The notes under the pieces: model-generated | Database searches by the model: none | Seen by the model: only the letters and a program-made list of their open reading frames with translations | What the model was told of the DNA's origin: nothing | Program-made: the position numbers and the translations under genes | IMG/VR virus record: IMGVR_UViG_3300017722_005389 | Direction: 5' to 3' (one strand) | Source: a virus | Lineage: Duplodnaviria; Caudoviricetes | Length of the DNA: 64,000 bases | Part shown: positions 38,350-48,844 of the stretch, in pieces | Layout of the letters: each line of letters opens with the position of its first letter | How positions within the stretch are numbered: position 1 is the first letter of the stretch

Positions 38350-39545
38350 TATATTACAAAAAATCCGTTGGGGTTTTTGCTTAATAGCTTTTGAAGATTT
38401 TCAGCTTCAGCAGCTCGTTTTTCCATTATTTTTTCTCTTGTCATTTCATCAAGATATGCTTTCAAACTTTCATTTAACTTATCCTTTTCTTCTTTAGCCT
38501 CAGAAAGTAATGAATCATAATCCATTTCTCCATCAGCTTCAGGAAAGGGTAATTTTCCTTTAAATTTACCTCTACCTCTACCTAAAGCTTCTTTTGCATA
38601 AGCTGTTAGAAATTTTCTAACCCAAATTTTGCTTGGCGTGTTCAAATCACAATAGTCTGTCATTGTCATAGGAACATCTGATGGATACTTTATAATATCA
38701 GCACATTCTTCAAGACATTTATTTTTTTCTTCGGCATTCATTTCTGTTGTATCGTAGTAATGATACCAAACTTTCATGCCATAAAGATCCTTTCTAATAC
38801 CAATCAAGTCTTTTTTCTCTGGAACCGAATATAAATGGATTAATTTTGTTCCATTTGCGCCAGCTGTAATTTTATATGTCAAATCTGATTTAAGGATCCT
38901 GTTCTTAAGACCAAAATCTGCTGCTCTAGCAACTATGTCGTATGCAGGTGAAATATAATATGCTCCGTTAAGCATATTGTAACCTGAACCACCCCAACCA
39001 ACTGCACCTGTGATACCGACACCATTCAAAGTTGTGCCATATCCTAAAGATGCAAAAGTTGCATGGGTAATATCTGAAGGTGTAAGCCACATTACTTGAT
39101 TTACCTCTCTGCCTGCTTCTATTTCATAAACCATTTTACCTTCTTCAAGATAAAAAAAGTCTTTTTTCAATTCATATTTTCCTCTACTTTGAAGCCCAAC
39201 TTGTTTTGAATATGCGTGAGTAAATTGAAGTTCATAATCAAAACTTCTTTGGGTTAATGCAAAGCAAATATCATTCTCAGTTAATGATTTTCCATTCAAA
39301 GAACTCCATTGATTTTGAATGAGCCACATTTGAATTTGAGATACATATTCTTCTACTGAAAATTTTAACAAAGAACACCATGCAGCAGATGTAATTTCGA
39401 TCTTTACTATACCTGCACTCAAAAGATTTTTTATATCTTCGATTAAACATGCCTTTTGCTCATTTGAGAGGCAATCTTGCATGTTATAGTTTTGATGAAA
39501 TTCTGATGGAGTTTTTTTGTGATTTGCATTAATAAATGAATCCAT
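38349..39545 (-). CDS. Neck / head-tail connector protein (T4 gp13-like)
   Basis: C-terminal WVRKFLTAYAKEALGRGRGKFKGKLP...DYDSLLSEAKEEKDKL matches the gp13-like pattern. Confidence 0.7.
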   Translation of the reverse strand: MDSFINANHKKTPSEFHQNYNMQDCLSNEQKACLIEDIKNLLSAGIVKIEITSAAWCSLLKFSVEEYVSQIQMWLIQNQWSSLNGKSLTENDICFALTQRSFDYELQFTHAYSKQVGLQSRGKYELKKDFFYLEEGKMVYEIEAGREVNQVMWLTPSDITHATFASLGYGTTLNGVGITGAVGWGGSGYNMLNGAYYISPAYDIVARAADFGLKNRILKSDLTYKITAGANGTKLIHLYSVPEKKDLIGIRKDLYGMKVWYHYYDTTEMNAEEKNKCLEECADIIKYPSDVPMTMTDYCDLNTPSKIWVRKFLTAYAKEALGRGRGKFKGKLPFPEADGEMDYDSLLSEAKEEKDKLNESLKAYLDEMTREKIMEKRAAEAENLQKLLSKNPNGFFVI

Positions 39546-39582
39546 AGCACCTTTTTATCATAAATAGTTATAACAAAAATTT

Positions 39583-39975
39583 TTATTCATTTGGAGCAAT
39601 TTCACCATCAAAATCTTCAGAATCATCAGAACCTCCTAAATCTATATCATCTGGTTCCAATATTTTCCAAAAAGGGAATGGAAATATAAAAACTGACTCT
39701 GAGTCATCTTGTTTTACAGCAATCCATTGGATCTTTTTGTGACCTTCCTGGATGAGATGTTTTATTTTATCGATATATACATTAGGATTTGGTAAAATAT
39801 CTTTAGGAATATCGTAAAAATTTTTGAACATTAGTATTATATCCCCTGTGATTCCACTGTGAATCTCGATAACCCTTTTTCCTATTGAATAATTATGGTA
39901 ATATTCCAATTCTTCAATATACTCTACCAATTCTGGCGATAAATCGTAAAGTTTTCCTTTAATTTCTTTTTTCAT
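39583..39975 (-). CDS. Hypothetical protein
   Basis: 130 aa with an acidic C-terminus. Confidence 0.55.
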   Translation of the reverse strand: MKKEIKGKLYDLSPELVEYIEELEYYHNYSIGKRVIEIHSGITGDIILMFKNFYDIPKDILPNPNVYIDKIKHLIQEGHKKIQWIAVKQDDSESVFIFPFPFWKILEPDDIDLGGSDDSEDFDGEIAPNE

Positions 39976-41777
39976 TATTCATTTATTTTTAAATTATGTT
40001 CTCCGTAAAAAATATTTCTGTTCAGTTGTTTGGTATTTGATACTGCATACACATCTTCTTCAAGAGTACTATCAAATAAACAATAAAAAACTTCAACATC
40101 ACCTACTCTTCCAATTCTCCAGGTTCTTCCTTCGGCTTGTTCATGTTCATCAGAACTCCAAGATGGCGAATTGAAGTAAATTATATCTGCTTTTGTAATA
40201 TTTAAACCTGTTCCGATAGATTTTATGTTCCCTATAAGTGCAAATTTATTTGGATTATTCATAAATTCATCGATTGTTGCCTGTCTTCTTTTTCCATCCA
40301 TACCTGAATCAACGCACACTGCATATTTACTTAATTTTTTCTTAAGTCTTTCATATTCTTCAACAAAATTAGTGAAAATTATGCAAGTTTTACCATCTTC
40401 TATAGAAGAAAGAACTGATTTTATTGTATGTTCAACCTTCTGAATTGCATAAAATTGTCTTAAAAGTATTGTTTCGGTTAAGTCTTTAACCTCCATTGCG
40501 CTCCTATTACCCTTTTTAGCAATATATTTATCATACAATTCAGAGGCTTCTTTTTTCTGACTCAGAGTTAATTCAAAATAAAGCTCGTTTATAAATTTAT
40601 CAGGGAATCCCTCAACCATTTTTTCAGTTCTTCTTCTTCTTTGAATGTGTCTGATTCTTTGGGACAGTTCATAAGTATTTGTATTTCCAGTTCTTCTTAA
40701 GAAAGGTTTAGTTCCTGCTTTGCCATTTTGTAAAAATGCTCCACAATATCTTTTTACATATTCTTCAAATTTTGCAGAAACCATTGAAAAATGATAATCC
40801 TTTTTACAATATATAATATCGCTAATGCTAATATTTAAATTTCTACAGATGTCATAAAATTCTTCATTTTTTTCTATAGCTGTAGCAGACATAGCCCATA
40901 CATATTTTACATTTGAATGTAAAGTTAAATCTTGAAGTACAATACTTTTTTTAGCTTTAGGATTTCTAAATTTTTGAACTTCGTCTACTATTATACAATC
41001 ATATCCTTCAGCATATAAAGGTCTATAAAGTGTTTCTTTTTTAACTCCTTTTTTAGATTCTTCATGATAAGCTGTTAACACATCACATCCAATGATTGTA
41101 TATCTTGCATCATCATCAATCCAATTGGATTCACCCCAAATTATTTTGCAATCTTGTCCCCAATGTTTTAATTCTTTTTTCCAGTCAAGTTGTTTACCTG
41201 CAATACAGACTATAAGAACTTTATTACACTTTCCTTCGATTGTTGCAGCTATTGAAGAATAAGTTTTGCCTGCTCCAACTGTATCCATCAGAAAGCATTT
41301 TTCGTTATGCAAAAGAAATTTTACAGCATTCTCTTGATGTTCGTATAAATTTCCTTTGGAAAATTTTGAATTAAGTTCTTCAAAATTTACAGAATGTCTT
41401 GAATAATTTTTTTCATATAAATCTCCGACCTCTTCTCTATGTAACCAAAAATATACAGGGTTTGATCCAATCTTTTTAAAAGAAACATGGTACCATTCAT
41501 CAGTTTCTCCTATAACTGCATTGATAGTTACATTTTTTATAGGTCTATTTAAATTAAAATCTTGTTGAATTCTTTTTTCAGTTTTTTCACCGACTTCTAA
41601 AGTAAGTTCTTTAAATCCGAAAGGTGAAAATTTAAAGTTCTTTAGAAGGTATTCATTTTCAAATTCAGATAATTCATAATTGAAATCATTACGATATTTT
41701 TTCTCAAGTTGAATTATAAAGGGGTTATTGCCTGAATATTGAAGTAATTCTTTTAATTGAAAGTTAGGATATTCCAT
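39975..41777 (-). CDS. SF2 (SNF2-like) DNA helicase
   Basis: DTVGAGKT, IVDEVQ, SAT, IGTGLNIT and QAEGRTWRIG. Start placed at MEYPNF (41777) because the longer ORF overlaps the divergent gene. Confidence 0.9.
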   Translation of the reverse strand: MEYPNFQLKELLQYSGNNPFIIQLEKKYRNDFNYELSEFENEYLLKNFKFSPFGFKELTLEVGEKTEKRIQQDFNLNRPIKNVTINAVIGETDEWYHVSFKKIGSNPVYFWLHREEVGDLYEKNYSRHSVNFEELNSKFSKGNLYEHQENAVKFLLHNEKCFLMDTVGAGKTYSSIAATIEGKCNKVLIVCIAGKQLDWKKELKHWGQDCKIIWGESNWIDDDARYTIIGCDVLTAYHEESKKGVKKETLYRPLYAEGYDCIIVDEVQKFRNPKAKKSIVLQDLTLHSNVKYVWAMSATAIEKNEEFYDICRNLNISISDIIYCKKDYHFSMVSAKFEEYVKRYCGAFLQNGKAGTKPFLRRTGNTNTYELSQRIRHIQRRRRTEKMVEGFPDKFINELYFELTLSQKKEASELYDKYIAKKGNRSAMEVKDLTETILLRQFYAIQKVEHTIKSVLSSIEDGKTCIIFTNFVEEYERLKKKLSKYAVCVDSGMDGKRRQATIDEFMNNPNKFALIGNIKSIGTGLNITKADIIYFNSPSWSSDEHEQAEGRTWRIGRVGDVEVFYCLFDSTLEEDVYAVSNTKQLNRNIFYGEHNLKINE

Positions 41778-41824
41778 TATATAGTATTTATAAGAAAACA
41801 GTATTAATAAATAATAAGTTCCAT

Positions 41825-42340
41825 ATGAATATATCTCCATTAAACCATAATAACAAATTTTTTTCAGAAGAAGAATATAGGTACTATGTTGATTCTTCAA
41901 GAGAACATATGGCTTCTTTAAATACAAAGATAATATTTTATAAAGTAAATAAAGAAAAATCACAAATAGACGATTTGTATGGAGAAGCTTATAAGGAAGA
42001 AATTCAATTGAATTCACCTATTGAAATACCTGCAATAGTTAAACTAGAAGTTTCTGAAAATAAAGCCTATGCTTCGGATAAGTCAATGCTTCGATATGAA
42101 GAATATGGTAATTTGACAGCAAGTCTATTAATTTCAGATTTAGAATTGTATAACGCAAATATAACATACGGTGATTATATTGGATATAGGGTTAGTGAAA
42201 CTTTAGTCTTGTTTTTTGAAGTTTCAAATGATCAACAAAAATTTTATCAAAATAAAAATACTTTTTTAGGATATAAAAGTTTTTGGAAAACTATAACATG
42301 TACACCAATAAATAAAGGAGAGGGCTTTTTTGAATTATGA
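41825..42340 (+). CDS. Head completion / neck protein (gp14-like)
   Basis: IIFYKV...DDLYGE...GDYIGY...FFEV; first gene of the tail operon. Confidence 0.6.
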   Translation: MNISPLNHNNKFFSEEEYRYYVDSSREHMASLNTKIIFYKVNKEKSQIDDLYGEAYKEEIQLNSPIEIPAIVKLEVSENKAYASDKSMLRYEEYGNLTASLLISDLELYNANITYGDYIGYRVSETLVLFFEVSNDQQKFYQNKNTFLGYKSFWKTITCTPINKGEGFFEL

Positions 42341-43353
42341 GACAAACAATAGATAATAGTCAACAATTGAGTGGGAAACAGTTACAAATGAAGTACTATG
42401 AAAATGGTCTTGAAAATGATACGTTTTTTCCTAAAGGTGTTCATATTGATGACATAGACAGAGCTGTTAGAGATATTTTTAAGACAGAATTTGAAGTTAC
42501 TTCAGAAGGTGAAAAGGTTCCTTTTTTAGATATCTTTTCTATACAAAGATTTTCTGAATATATGAAAACTTGGCAAAGCACCGATGAAACTAATACGGTG
42601 AAGCTACCTTTTACTTTATTAGTTAAAGAGCCTGCTGAAAAGGGTACAAATTTTAGTAATTCTTCAAATATCCCAGGATTTCCAACATTTCCTCTTTGGA
42701 AGCGAAATACTGTTAGAAATGGTAAGGCTACAATAGATTACTATAAAATACCTCAACCTGTTAATATTGATTTAACTTATAAATTCCACATATTTACAAT
42801 GCATCAAAGACTTATAAATAAAATGGATGAATTAATGTTACATCAGTTCAAATCTTTACAATATTATGTAGTTGTAAATGGTCATTATATGCCTATGTTT
42901 TTAGATACTATTGATGATGCTTCAGAAATTGGAGATATAGATAAAAGAAGATATTATCATAGAGTTTATGTTTTAAAAGTTAAAGGCTATTTATTAAGGG
43001 AAGAAGATTTTGAATTGGTTTCTTCTTTGAATAAAATTAATATAAAGATTGGAGAATCAATAGTTAAGGATAGTCGAGTTTGTATTGTAAATCAGTTAGA
43101 TTTTGATTGTGATTTATGCTTGAATTTTAAATTTAATAGAAAGTCACCAAATTCAAACACTTACAGGGTTCCTCAGAAATTAGAATTTTATTATGATAAC
43201 CAAAGCATATCAAACGACTATGATTACTTTCTTAACGGTCAATTAGTTACAATACCTTTTATTGCAGATGTTGGAGATGAATTAACAGTTGCACATAATA
43301 TGGGAAATTCAAATGTAATTAATATACAGGTTTGTGGAAAAAAAATAACTTAA
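42337..43353 (+). CDS. Tail completion / terminator protein (gp15-like)
   Basis: KLPF, PQPVNIDLTYKFHIFT and position directly before the sheath gene. Confidence 0.6.
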   Translation: MRQTIDNSQQLSGKQLQMKYYENGLENDTFFPKGVHIDDIDRAVRDIFKTEFEVTSEGEKVPFLDIFSIQRFSEYMKTWQSTDETNTVKLPFTLLVKEPAEKGTNFSNSSNIPGFPTFPLWKRNTVRNGKATIDYYKIPQPVNIDLTYKFHIFTMHQRLINKMDELMLHQFKSLQYYVVVNGHYMPMFLDTIDDASEIGDIDKRRYYHRVYVLKVKGYLLREEDFELVSSLNKINIKIGESIVKDSRVCIVNQLDFDCDLCLNFKFNRKSPNSNTYRVPQKLEFYYDNQSISNDYDYFLNGQLVTIPFIADVGDELTVAHNMGNSNVINIQVCGKKIT

Positions 43354-43380
43354 AAATATATGATTTAGAATTCTAAAAGA

Positions 43381-43388
43381 TATTTATA
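43381..43388 (+). promoter_or_regulatory. TATTTATA putative late-promoter motif (sheath)
   Basis: 16 nt upstream of the sheath ATG. Confidence 0.55.
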
Positions 43389-43404
43389 ATTAAAATATAA
43401 CAAA

Positions 43405-46400
43405 ATGGCGATAAGTAAACCTAATCTTGCTCCTTCAATAAAATTTACAGAAACAGATTTAACCTTTTCAACTGGAAGAAATTTCGGTGTAACTAGTTTG
43501 GGTATCTCTGGTGAATTTTTGAAAGGTAGAGCTTTCACACCAATTTCAATCGATAATGTCGAATTATTTACTCAAGTTTTTGGTGAATCAAATGCATGTA
43601 AGTTCGAAGGAACTTCACAACCTATTTATGAGGGTGTTTATATAGCAAAACAATTCTTAAAAGAAAGTGACCAACTCTTTGTTTCGAGAGTACTTGGTTT
43701 GACAGGTTACGATGCAGGTGATGCTTGGGGAATTTCCTTTGGTGCAGCATTAGATCCTTCTACGGTTGCTATAACTGGTACTTCATCATTTACAGCTACA
43801 ATTAATTATGTAAATGGTAATGTAGGAAGTGTAAGTTTCAGTAATTCTACACTTCAAGACCTTTATGATGCAGGTCAAATTGCTAATTCTTCTTTAGGGA
43901 GCAGCACACTTTTAACAGGGGACACAGTTTTAGTAGGAAATGCATTCTTAGGAAATTGTGAAACTTTTGTAGGTGCTCGTTTCAATATGACTGTCACAAA
44001 TAAAATTGAAACTTATATTTGTATTACAGGTGAAACAAGTGTTTCGGAAACAGTTCAAGTTCCTTCTGAAATTCAAAATTGTCTTGTGATTTATTCGGGC
44101 GGTACTGTGACTTATGATAGTACATTCATTATTACTGTTGATAATTCTGTAGTAGTACAAAATGTTACAACTAATGAATTAACAATTGTTTCTTCTGGAT
44201 TTTTAACATTAGTTGGTGGTACTATCACTCACGATGTTGATGGTTCAATTACAATTGAAGATGGTTCAATTTTCTTTCCTAATGGGGATGTCTTCACAGG
44301 TGGTGAATATAAAATATGCGATTTGAATGATAATACGGCAGTTTATAATTGTGAAACTATAGATGGTATCAATTATACTCTTACTACAGGAACTACTATC
44401 ATTTTTAATACTGTAACATCAGGAACAACACAACAAATTATTTCACAGATTCCTTCAGGCTTGATTCAACTTGATTTTTCAGGTACTGTTACAGAACTTT
44501 CAGGTATGCCATATGCACAATATGATAACATGGTTGTAGCATTGATGCGTTCTTATGCAAGTTATGATGGAGATGAAATTTTAAACTTCCAAGTAGAAGG
44601 TAATGTAATTTCTATTGAATCTATCGATGGAGGTACGATTTATCCTACTGATGACTTTTTAATCAAAGGTACAAAAGTAAATGGTAGTACGTTTGAATAC
44701 AATGTATCTTTAGATAAGAGTAAATCAAATTATATCGCAAGAGTTTTTGGTAACTTTATCCCATGTTGTAGAACAAATAATCCTTTGTATGTTGAAGATT
44801 TATTTGAAAATAGCTTCAATTATTTATTGGATAACAATTTGGTATATTGTATCAAACCTTCTATTTGTTATATCAATACTTTAGATAACTATAAAGAACC
44901 GTATCAAGGTGCAATGACTCCTTGGGTTGTTTCTGAATTGAGAGGTAATAGAGTGTTTAGATTGTTCCGAGTTCATACATTTACTGATGGTAATGCTGCA
45001 AATACAGACATTAAAGTTTCTATCACAAATATTCGTCCTGATGCAAAAACATTTGACCTTCAAGTTAGAGGTTATGGTGATACAGATAAAAAACCTGTTA
45101 TTCTTGAATCGTATTCAAGACTTACTTTCAGAGAACAAGATAATAACTTCATCGGAAGACGTATTGGTACTGTAGATGGTAACTATGTTCTTAATAGTAA
45201 GTATATTATGATTGAATTGGCTGCAGATTGTTTAGATGAATCATTCCCTGCAGGTTTTGAAGGTTATCCAGTTCGTGATTATGATTGTATGGCAAATCCT
45301 TTACTTGTCTACAAAACACAATATAACCCTACAGATAGAGTTAGACAAGTTTATCTTGGATTGAATGATGTTTTGGGATTTGATGCGGATTTCTTTGATT
45401 ATAAAGGTAGACCTGCTGATCCAGATGTTCCTTTCTGGACTGGAACTACTAAAGGATTCCATATGGATTCAAATGCTACTTCTGCTACAGTTGAAGGTTA
45501 TGGTGTTGTACAATTTGAAACAGGTATTCATTCTTTCAAAAATGAAGCTGATTTGGCTGGAACTTCTTATGAACAACTTATTGCAAGAAAATTCACTTTG
45601 GTTCCTTTTGGAGGTTTTGATGGATGGGATATTCATAGAAAAAGAAGAACAAATACAGATTTGTATACAGTTACAAGTTCTTTAGGACAAAAAGGTTTAA
45701 CTTCAGGTGCATTCGATATTTATAGCTCTGAAAATATTAATGATGGACAAACTGTTATTAATTCAGATTACTATGCGTATCTTGAAGGTATCAGAAGTTT
45801 GAGAAATAGAAATGAATTCCGTATCAATCTTCTTGCGACACCTGGTATTAATACAAACGAACATTCAAATCTTGTAGAAGAGTCTATTGAAATGTGCGAA
45901 AGTGAAAGATGTGATACATTCTATATTCCTACAACATTAGATACAGATGATGCTGGTCAGGTTTTAAGAGTAAATGATGTTGTAAGTTCTATTCAAGATT
46001 TGTTTGATACTTCTTATGCTGCTACATACTTCCCTTGGGGTCAATTCCTTGATGAAGTTAACAATGTTTTTATTTGGATTCCTCCAACTGCTGAAGTAAT
46101 GCGTGTATATGCTCTTAATGATAAATTGAGAAGACCTTGGTTTGCTCCTGCAGGTGTTGAAATGAGAACTCAATTCAAACAAGCAAGAAAGAAATTGAGA
46201 GAAGATGAAATGGATATTCTATATACTAATAGAATGAACTACCTTGCAACTTTCAAACAAGCTGATGGTTCATCTCCTGTATATGTTTGGGGTAATAATA
46301 CTTTACAACTTGCTGATACTGCATTGACAGATATCAACGTAAGACGCTTACTTCTTTATACACAAAGATTGATTGAAGATGTTGGATTACCACTTCTTTT

Positions 46401-46635
46401 TGATCAAAATGATGAAGCTGTTAGAAGAAAGTTTGAAAATAAAGTTAATCCTATTCTCGCAAATATTAGAAACGAAAGAGGTCTTATTGATTTTAAAGTA
46501 GTTCTTGATCGTTCTAATGAATCGTTTAGTTCTAATGAAATGAAAGGTAAAATTCAAATTGCGCCTACAAGAGCATTAGAATATATTAACATAGAATTTG
46601 TATTAACTCCTGCAGGTGTTTCAGTTACAAGTTAA
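43405..46635 (+). CDS. Contractile tail sheath protein with a large insertion
   Basis: LLATPG, ATYFPW, PWFAPAG, VWGNNTLQ, INVRRLL and PTRALEYINIEF. Confidence 0.95.
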   Translation: MAISKPNLAPSIKFTETDLTFSTGRNFGVTSLGISGEFLKGRAFTPISIDNVELFTQVFGESNACKFEGTSQPIYEGVYIAKQFLKESDQLFVSRVLGLTGYDAGDAWGISFGAALDPSTVAITGTSSFTATINYVNGNVGSVSFSNSTLQDLYDAGQIANSSLGSSTLLTGDTVLVGNAFLGNCETFVGARFNMTVTNKIETYICITGETSVSETVQVPSEIQNCLVIYSGGTVTYDSTFIITVDNSVVVQNVTTNELTIVSSGFLTLVGGTITHDVDGSITIEDGSIFFPNGDVFTGGEYKICDLNDNTAVYNCETIDGINYTLTTGTTIIFNTVTSGTTQQIISQIPSGLIQLDFSGTVTELSGMPYAQYDNMVVALMRSYASYDGDEILNFQVEGNVISIESIDGGTIYPTDDFLIKGTKVNGSTFEYNVSLDKSKSNYIARVFGNFIPCCRTNNPLYVEDLFENSFNYLLDNNLVYCIKPSICYINTLDNYKEPYQGAMTPWVVSELRGNRVFRLFRVHTFTDGNAANTDIKVSITNIRPDAKTFDLQVRGYGDTDKKPVILESYSRLTFREQDNNFIGRRIGTVDGNYVLNSKYIMIELAADCLDESFPAGFEGYPVRDYDCMANPLLVYKTQYNPTDRVRQVYLGLNDVLGFDADFFDYKGRPADPDVPFWTGTTKGFHMDSNATSATVEGYGVVQFETGIHSFKNEADLAGTSYEQLIARKFTLVPFGGFDGWDIHRKRRTNTDLYTVTSSLGQKGLTSGAFDIYSSENINDGQTVINSDYYAYLEGIRSLRNRNEFRINLLATPGINTNEHSNLVEESIEMCESERCDTFYIPTTLDTDDAGQVLRVNDVVSSIQDLFDTSYAATYFPWGQFLDEVNNVFIWIPPTAEVMRVYALNDKLRRPWFAPAGVEMRTQFKQARKKLREDEMDILYTNRMNYLATFKQADGSSPVYVWGNNTLQLADTALTDINVRRLLLYTQRLIEDVGLPLLFDQNDEAVRRKFENKVNPILANIRNERGLIDFKVVLDRSNESFSSNEMKGKIQIAPTRALEYINIEFVLTPAGVSVTS

Positions 46636-46653
46636 AAAATAAAATATAATCTT

Positions 46654-47748
46654 ATGGAATTAAAAAAATATATATTGTTAGAATTAAGAAAAGCTAGTTT
46701 AGATGAAGCAGTGTTTGCTTTAAGTGGTTTCACCGATGCCATCCAATCAGATTTTTCTAGCTTCAGACAAGGCAAAACTAAACAAGAATTAATAGATTCT
46801 GAAGAAACTGCTATTCAATCAATAGTTCAATTATTTGATGGTGGATTTAGAGACTATTTAGAAAAAGATTTAAGAAAAAAGGTTAGACGTGAAAAAATTT
46901 CAATTTTGGCTATAGTTTCTAAATATTTAGGTACGCCATCTAATACTGCTTATACAAATAATATTTTAGCTTTAATTGGAACTCCAATGCTTAATTATTT
47001 CTTACAAAAAGCATTTGGTAAAGATTCTATATGGAGTAGAATAAGGCAAATAACTCCATTTATGAAAAAAGTTTCTACAGGTAACTATGCTTTAGATACT
47101 TCAATTTATACTGGATTAGCTAAAGCATTGGAAAGTGGGGCTGTTATGAATGAATTTATTAGTATAGCAGGATCTGATATTACTAATAAAGTTGATACTA
47201 TAGCTAGTGATGGTGATTTTAAGAATCTTTTCTTATCTGAAGTTTTAGGTATAAATAGAGGTTTGAGAAGTGTTGGAAGAAGTATTGGTGCAAGTTTTCA
47301 AAATACAGGTGATGCGTTTAAAGATTTATTCGTAAAGAGAAAAGTTCGAGATAAATATAAATTGGTAAAAGAAATAATGAAATATTTACCGAGTTTAAAA
47401 AAGAGTTTAAGAGGTAAAATAAATGACGCATTTTTCGAAATGGAACATAATAAAATTGCTGCATTTTTCGGTGAAAGAGGTGTTAATATACGAAGTAACA
47501 TTCAAGATATTTCAATTCCAATTACAAAAGCTGTTTTAAAACATCTAATGGAAAATGCTAAAGATTTATATTTTGAAGATTTACCATCTGATGTATCAGA
47601 TATAGTTTATACGTTATTTACAAGTGATGTAGTAGCACAAAATGTCAATGGGGCTGTAATTTATATTATGAATAAAGTGTATAAAGATTTAAAATATGAA
47701 GAAGATAAAAGAAAACAATACCAAACTAAAAGCAGATACAACCGATGA
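46654..47748 (+). CDS. Hypothetical protein (possible internal virion protein)
   Basis: 364 aa helical ORF between the sheath and tube genes. Confidence 0.65.
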   Translation: MELKKYILLELRKASLDEAVFALSGFTDAIQSDFSSFRQGKTKQELIDSEETAIQSIVQLFDGGFRDYLEKDLRKKVRREKISILAIVSKYLGTPSNTAYTNNILALIGTPMLNYFLQKAFGKDSIWSRIRQITPFMKKVSTGNYALDTSIYTGLAKALESGAVMNEFISIAGSDITNKVDTIASDGDFKNLFLSEVLGINRGLRSVGRSIGASFQNTGDAFKDLFVKRKVRDKYKLVKEIMKYLPSLKKSLRGKINDAFFEMEHNKIAAFFGERGVNIRSNIQDISIPITKAVLKHLMENAKDLYFEDLPSDVSDIVYTLFTSDVVAQNVNGAVIYIMNKVYKDLKYEEDKRKQYQTKSRYNR

Positions 47749-47930
47749 TAGATTGCACTAAAGTAAGAAAAATTACAATAAACCAAATACTTCCAAATGG
47801 AGAAGTGTTGACATCAATTATTTATTTTGATATTGATTCTGGTGATCAATTGACAGCTAATCAAGTTTCAAAATGTAATAATGTGCAATCATTAAACTTC
47901 TCTTGCGCAGTAGTTTGTAATCCTTCTTAA
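47745..47930 (+). CDS. Small Cys-rich protein, paralogue 1
   Basis: 61 aa, clearly homologous to the next ORF. Confidence 0.7.
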   Translation: MIDCTKVRKITINQILPNGEVLTSIIYFDIDSGDQLTANQVSKCNNVQSLNFSCAVVCNPS

Positions 47931-47931
47931 G

Positions 47932-48201
47932 ATGGTTAATTGTGACAACATTAGAAAAATTACGATAAATCAACTTTTACCTAATGGTGAAGTTTTTATA
48001 TCTACAATTTATTTTGATGTAGTTGCAGGAGAACAAGTTACAGCAAATAGCGTGAAGAAATGTAATAACATTCAACCTATAGATTTTTCTTGTGCAATAA
48101 CCTGTAATCCTTTTGAAGAATCAGTTATTCCAAATTGCTGGTTAACTTTTTCTGAAGAATGTTGGATTGACGAAAGTGGAAATTATTGGGAAATTGGATA
48201 A
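47932..48201 (+). CDS. Small Cys-rich protein, paralogue 2
   Basis: 89 aa; shares RKITINQ.LPNGEV..YFD..G.Q.TAN..KCNN.Q...FSCA..CNP. Confidence 0.75.
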   Translation: MVNCDNIRKITINQLLPNGEVFISTIYFDVVAGEQVTANSVKKCNNIQPIDFSCAITCNPFEESVIPNCWLTFSEECWIDESGNYWEIG

Positions 48202-48254
48202 AAAAATATATATAAATGATATTTATTTAAAAATAAAATAAAATAAGAAATACT

Positions 48255-48749
48255 ATGGCTAATCTATTATTAAATGCTCCTTTAAAATACGAACCGAAAA
48301 CACAAAATAGGTGGGTATTATTGTTTCCTGATGATATCGGAATCCAAACTTGGGCTGTAAAAACTGTTGGTACACCAAAAATAAATTTAGTAAAAAAGGA
48401 TATGTCTTTCTTGAATACAAAGACTTATTATATTTCACAATACTCTTGGGAAAGCATGGAGTGTACGATTAGAGATTTTATAGCACCTTCACAATCCGAA
48501 GCTTTGATGGAATGGGTTCGTTTGCATGCCGAATCTGTTACAGGTCGTATGGGTTATAATGTAGGTATGGCAAAAGATATCATCCTTCAATCACTTGATC
48601 CTACAGGGGTTGCTACTGAAGAATGGTTGTTAAAAAATACAATTGTTGTTGATTCTGTGTCATTTGGTTCTTTTGATTATGATAACGGTGACGTTAGAGA
48701 ATTATCTTTTACAATGCAACCTCAATATTGCGTTCACTTATTTGGTTAA
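48255..48749 (+). CDS. Tail tube protein (gp19-like)
   Basis: YEPKTQNRW, WESMECTIRD, LMEWVR, LDPTGVATEEW and FDYDNG. Confidence 0.9.
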   Translation: MANLLLNAPLKYEPKTQNRWVLLFPDDIGIQTWAVKTVGTPKINLVKKDMSFLNTKTYYISQYSWESMECTIRDFIAPSQSEALMEWVRLHAESVTGRMGYNVGMAKDIILQSLDPTGVATEEWLLKNTIVVDSVSFGSFDYDNGDVRELSFTMQPQYCVHLFG

Positions 48750-48773
48750 TTTTATAATAAAAAATTATTTTTG

Positions 48774-48806
48774 GGATGGAATTTTAAAATTCCATCCTTT
48801 TTTTTT
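48774..48806 (+). terminator. Rho-independent terminator after the tube gene
   Basis: Perfect palindrome GGATGGAATTTTAAAATTCCATCC followed by a T-run. Confidence 0.9.
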
Positions 48807-48844
48807 ATTTTTTATTTGACTTGCTATATATTATAAATAAAATT

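Noticed and set aside
41778-42017. N-terminal extension of the helicase in the ORF track
   Set aside because: It overlaps the divergent head-completion gene and reads as antisense shadow sequence; MEYPNF at 41777 is the more plausible start.
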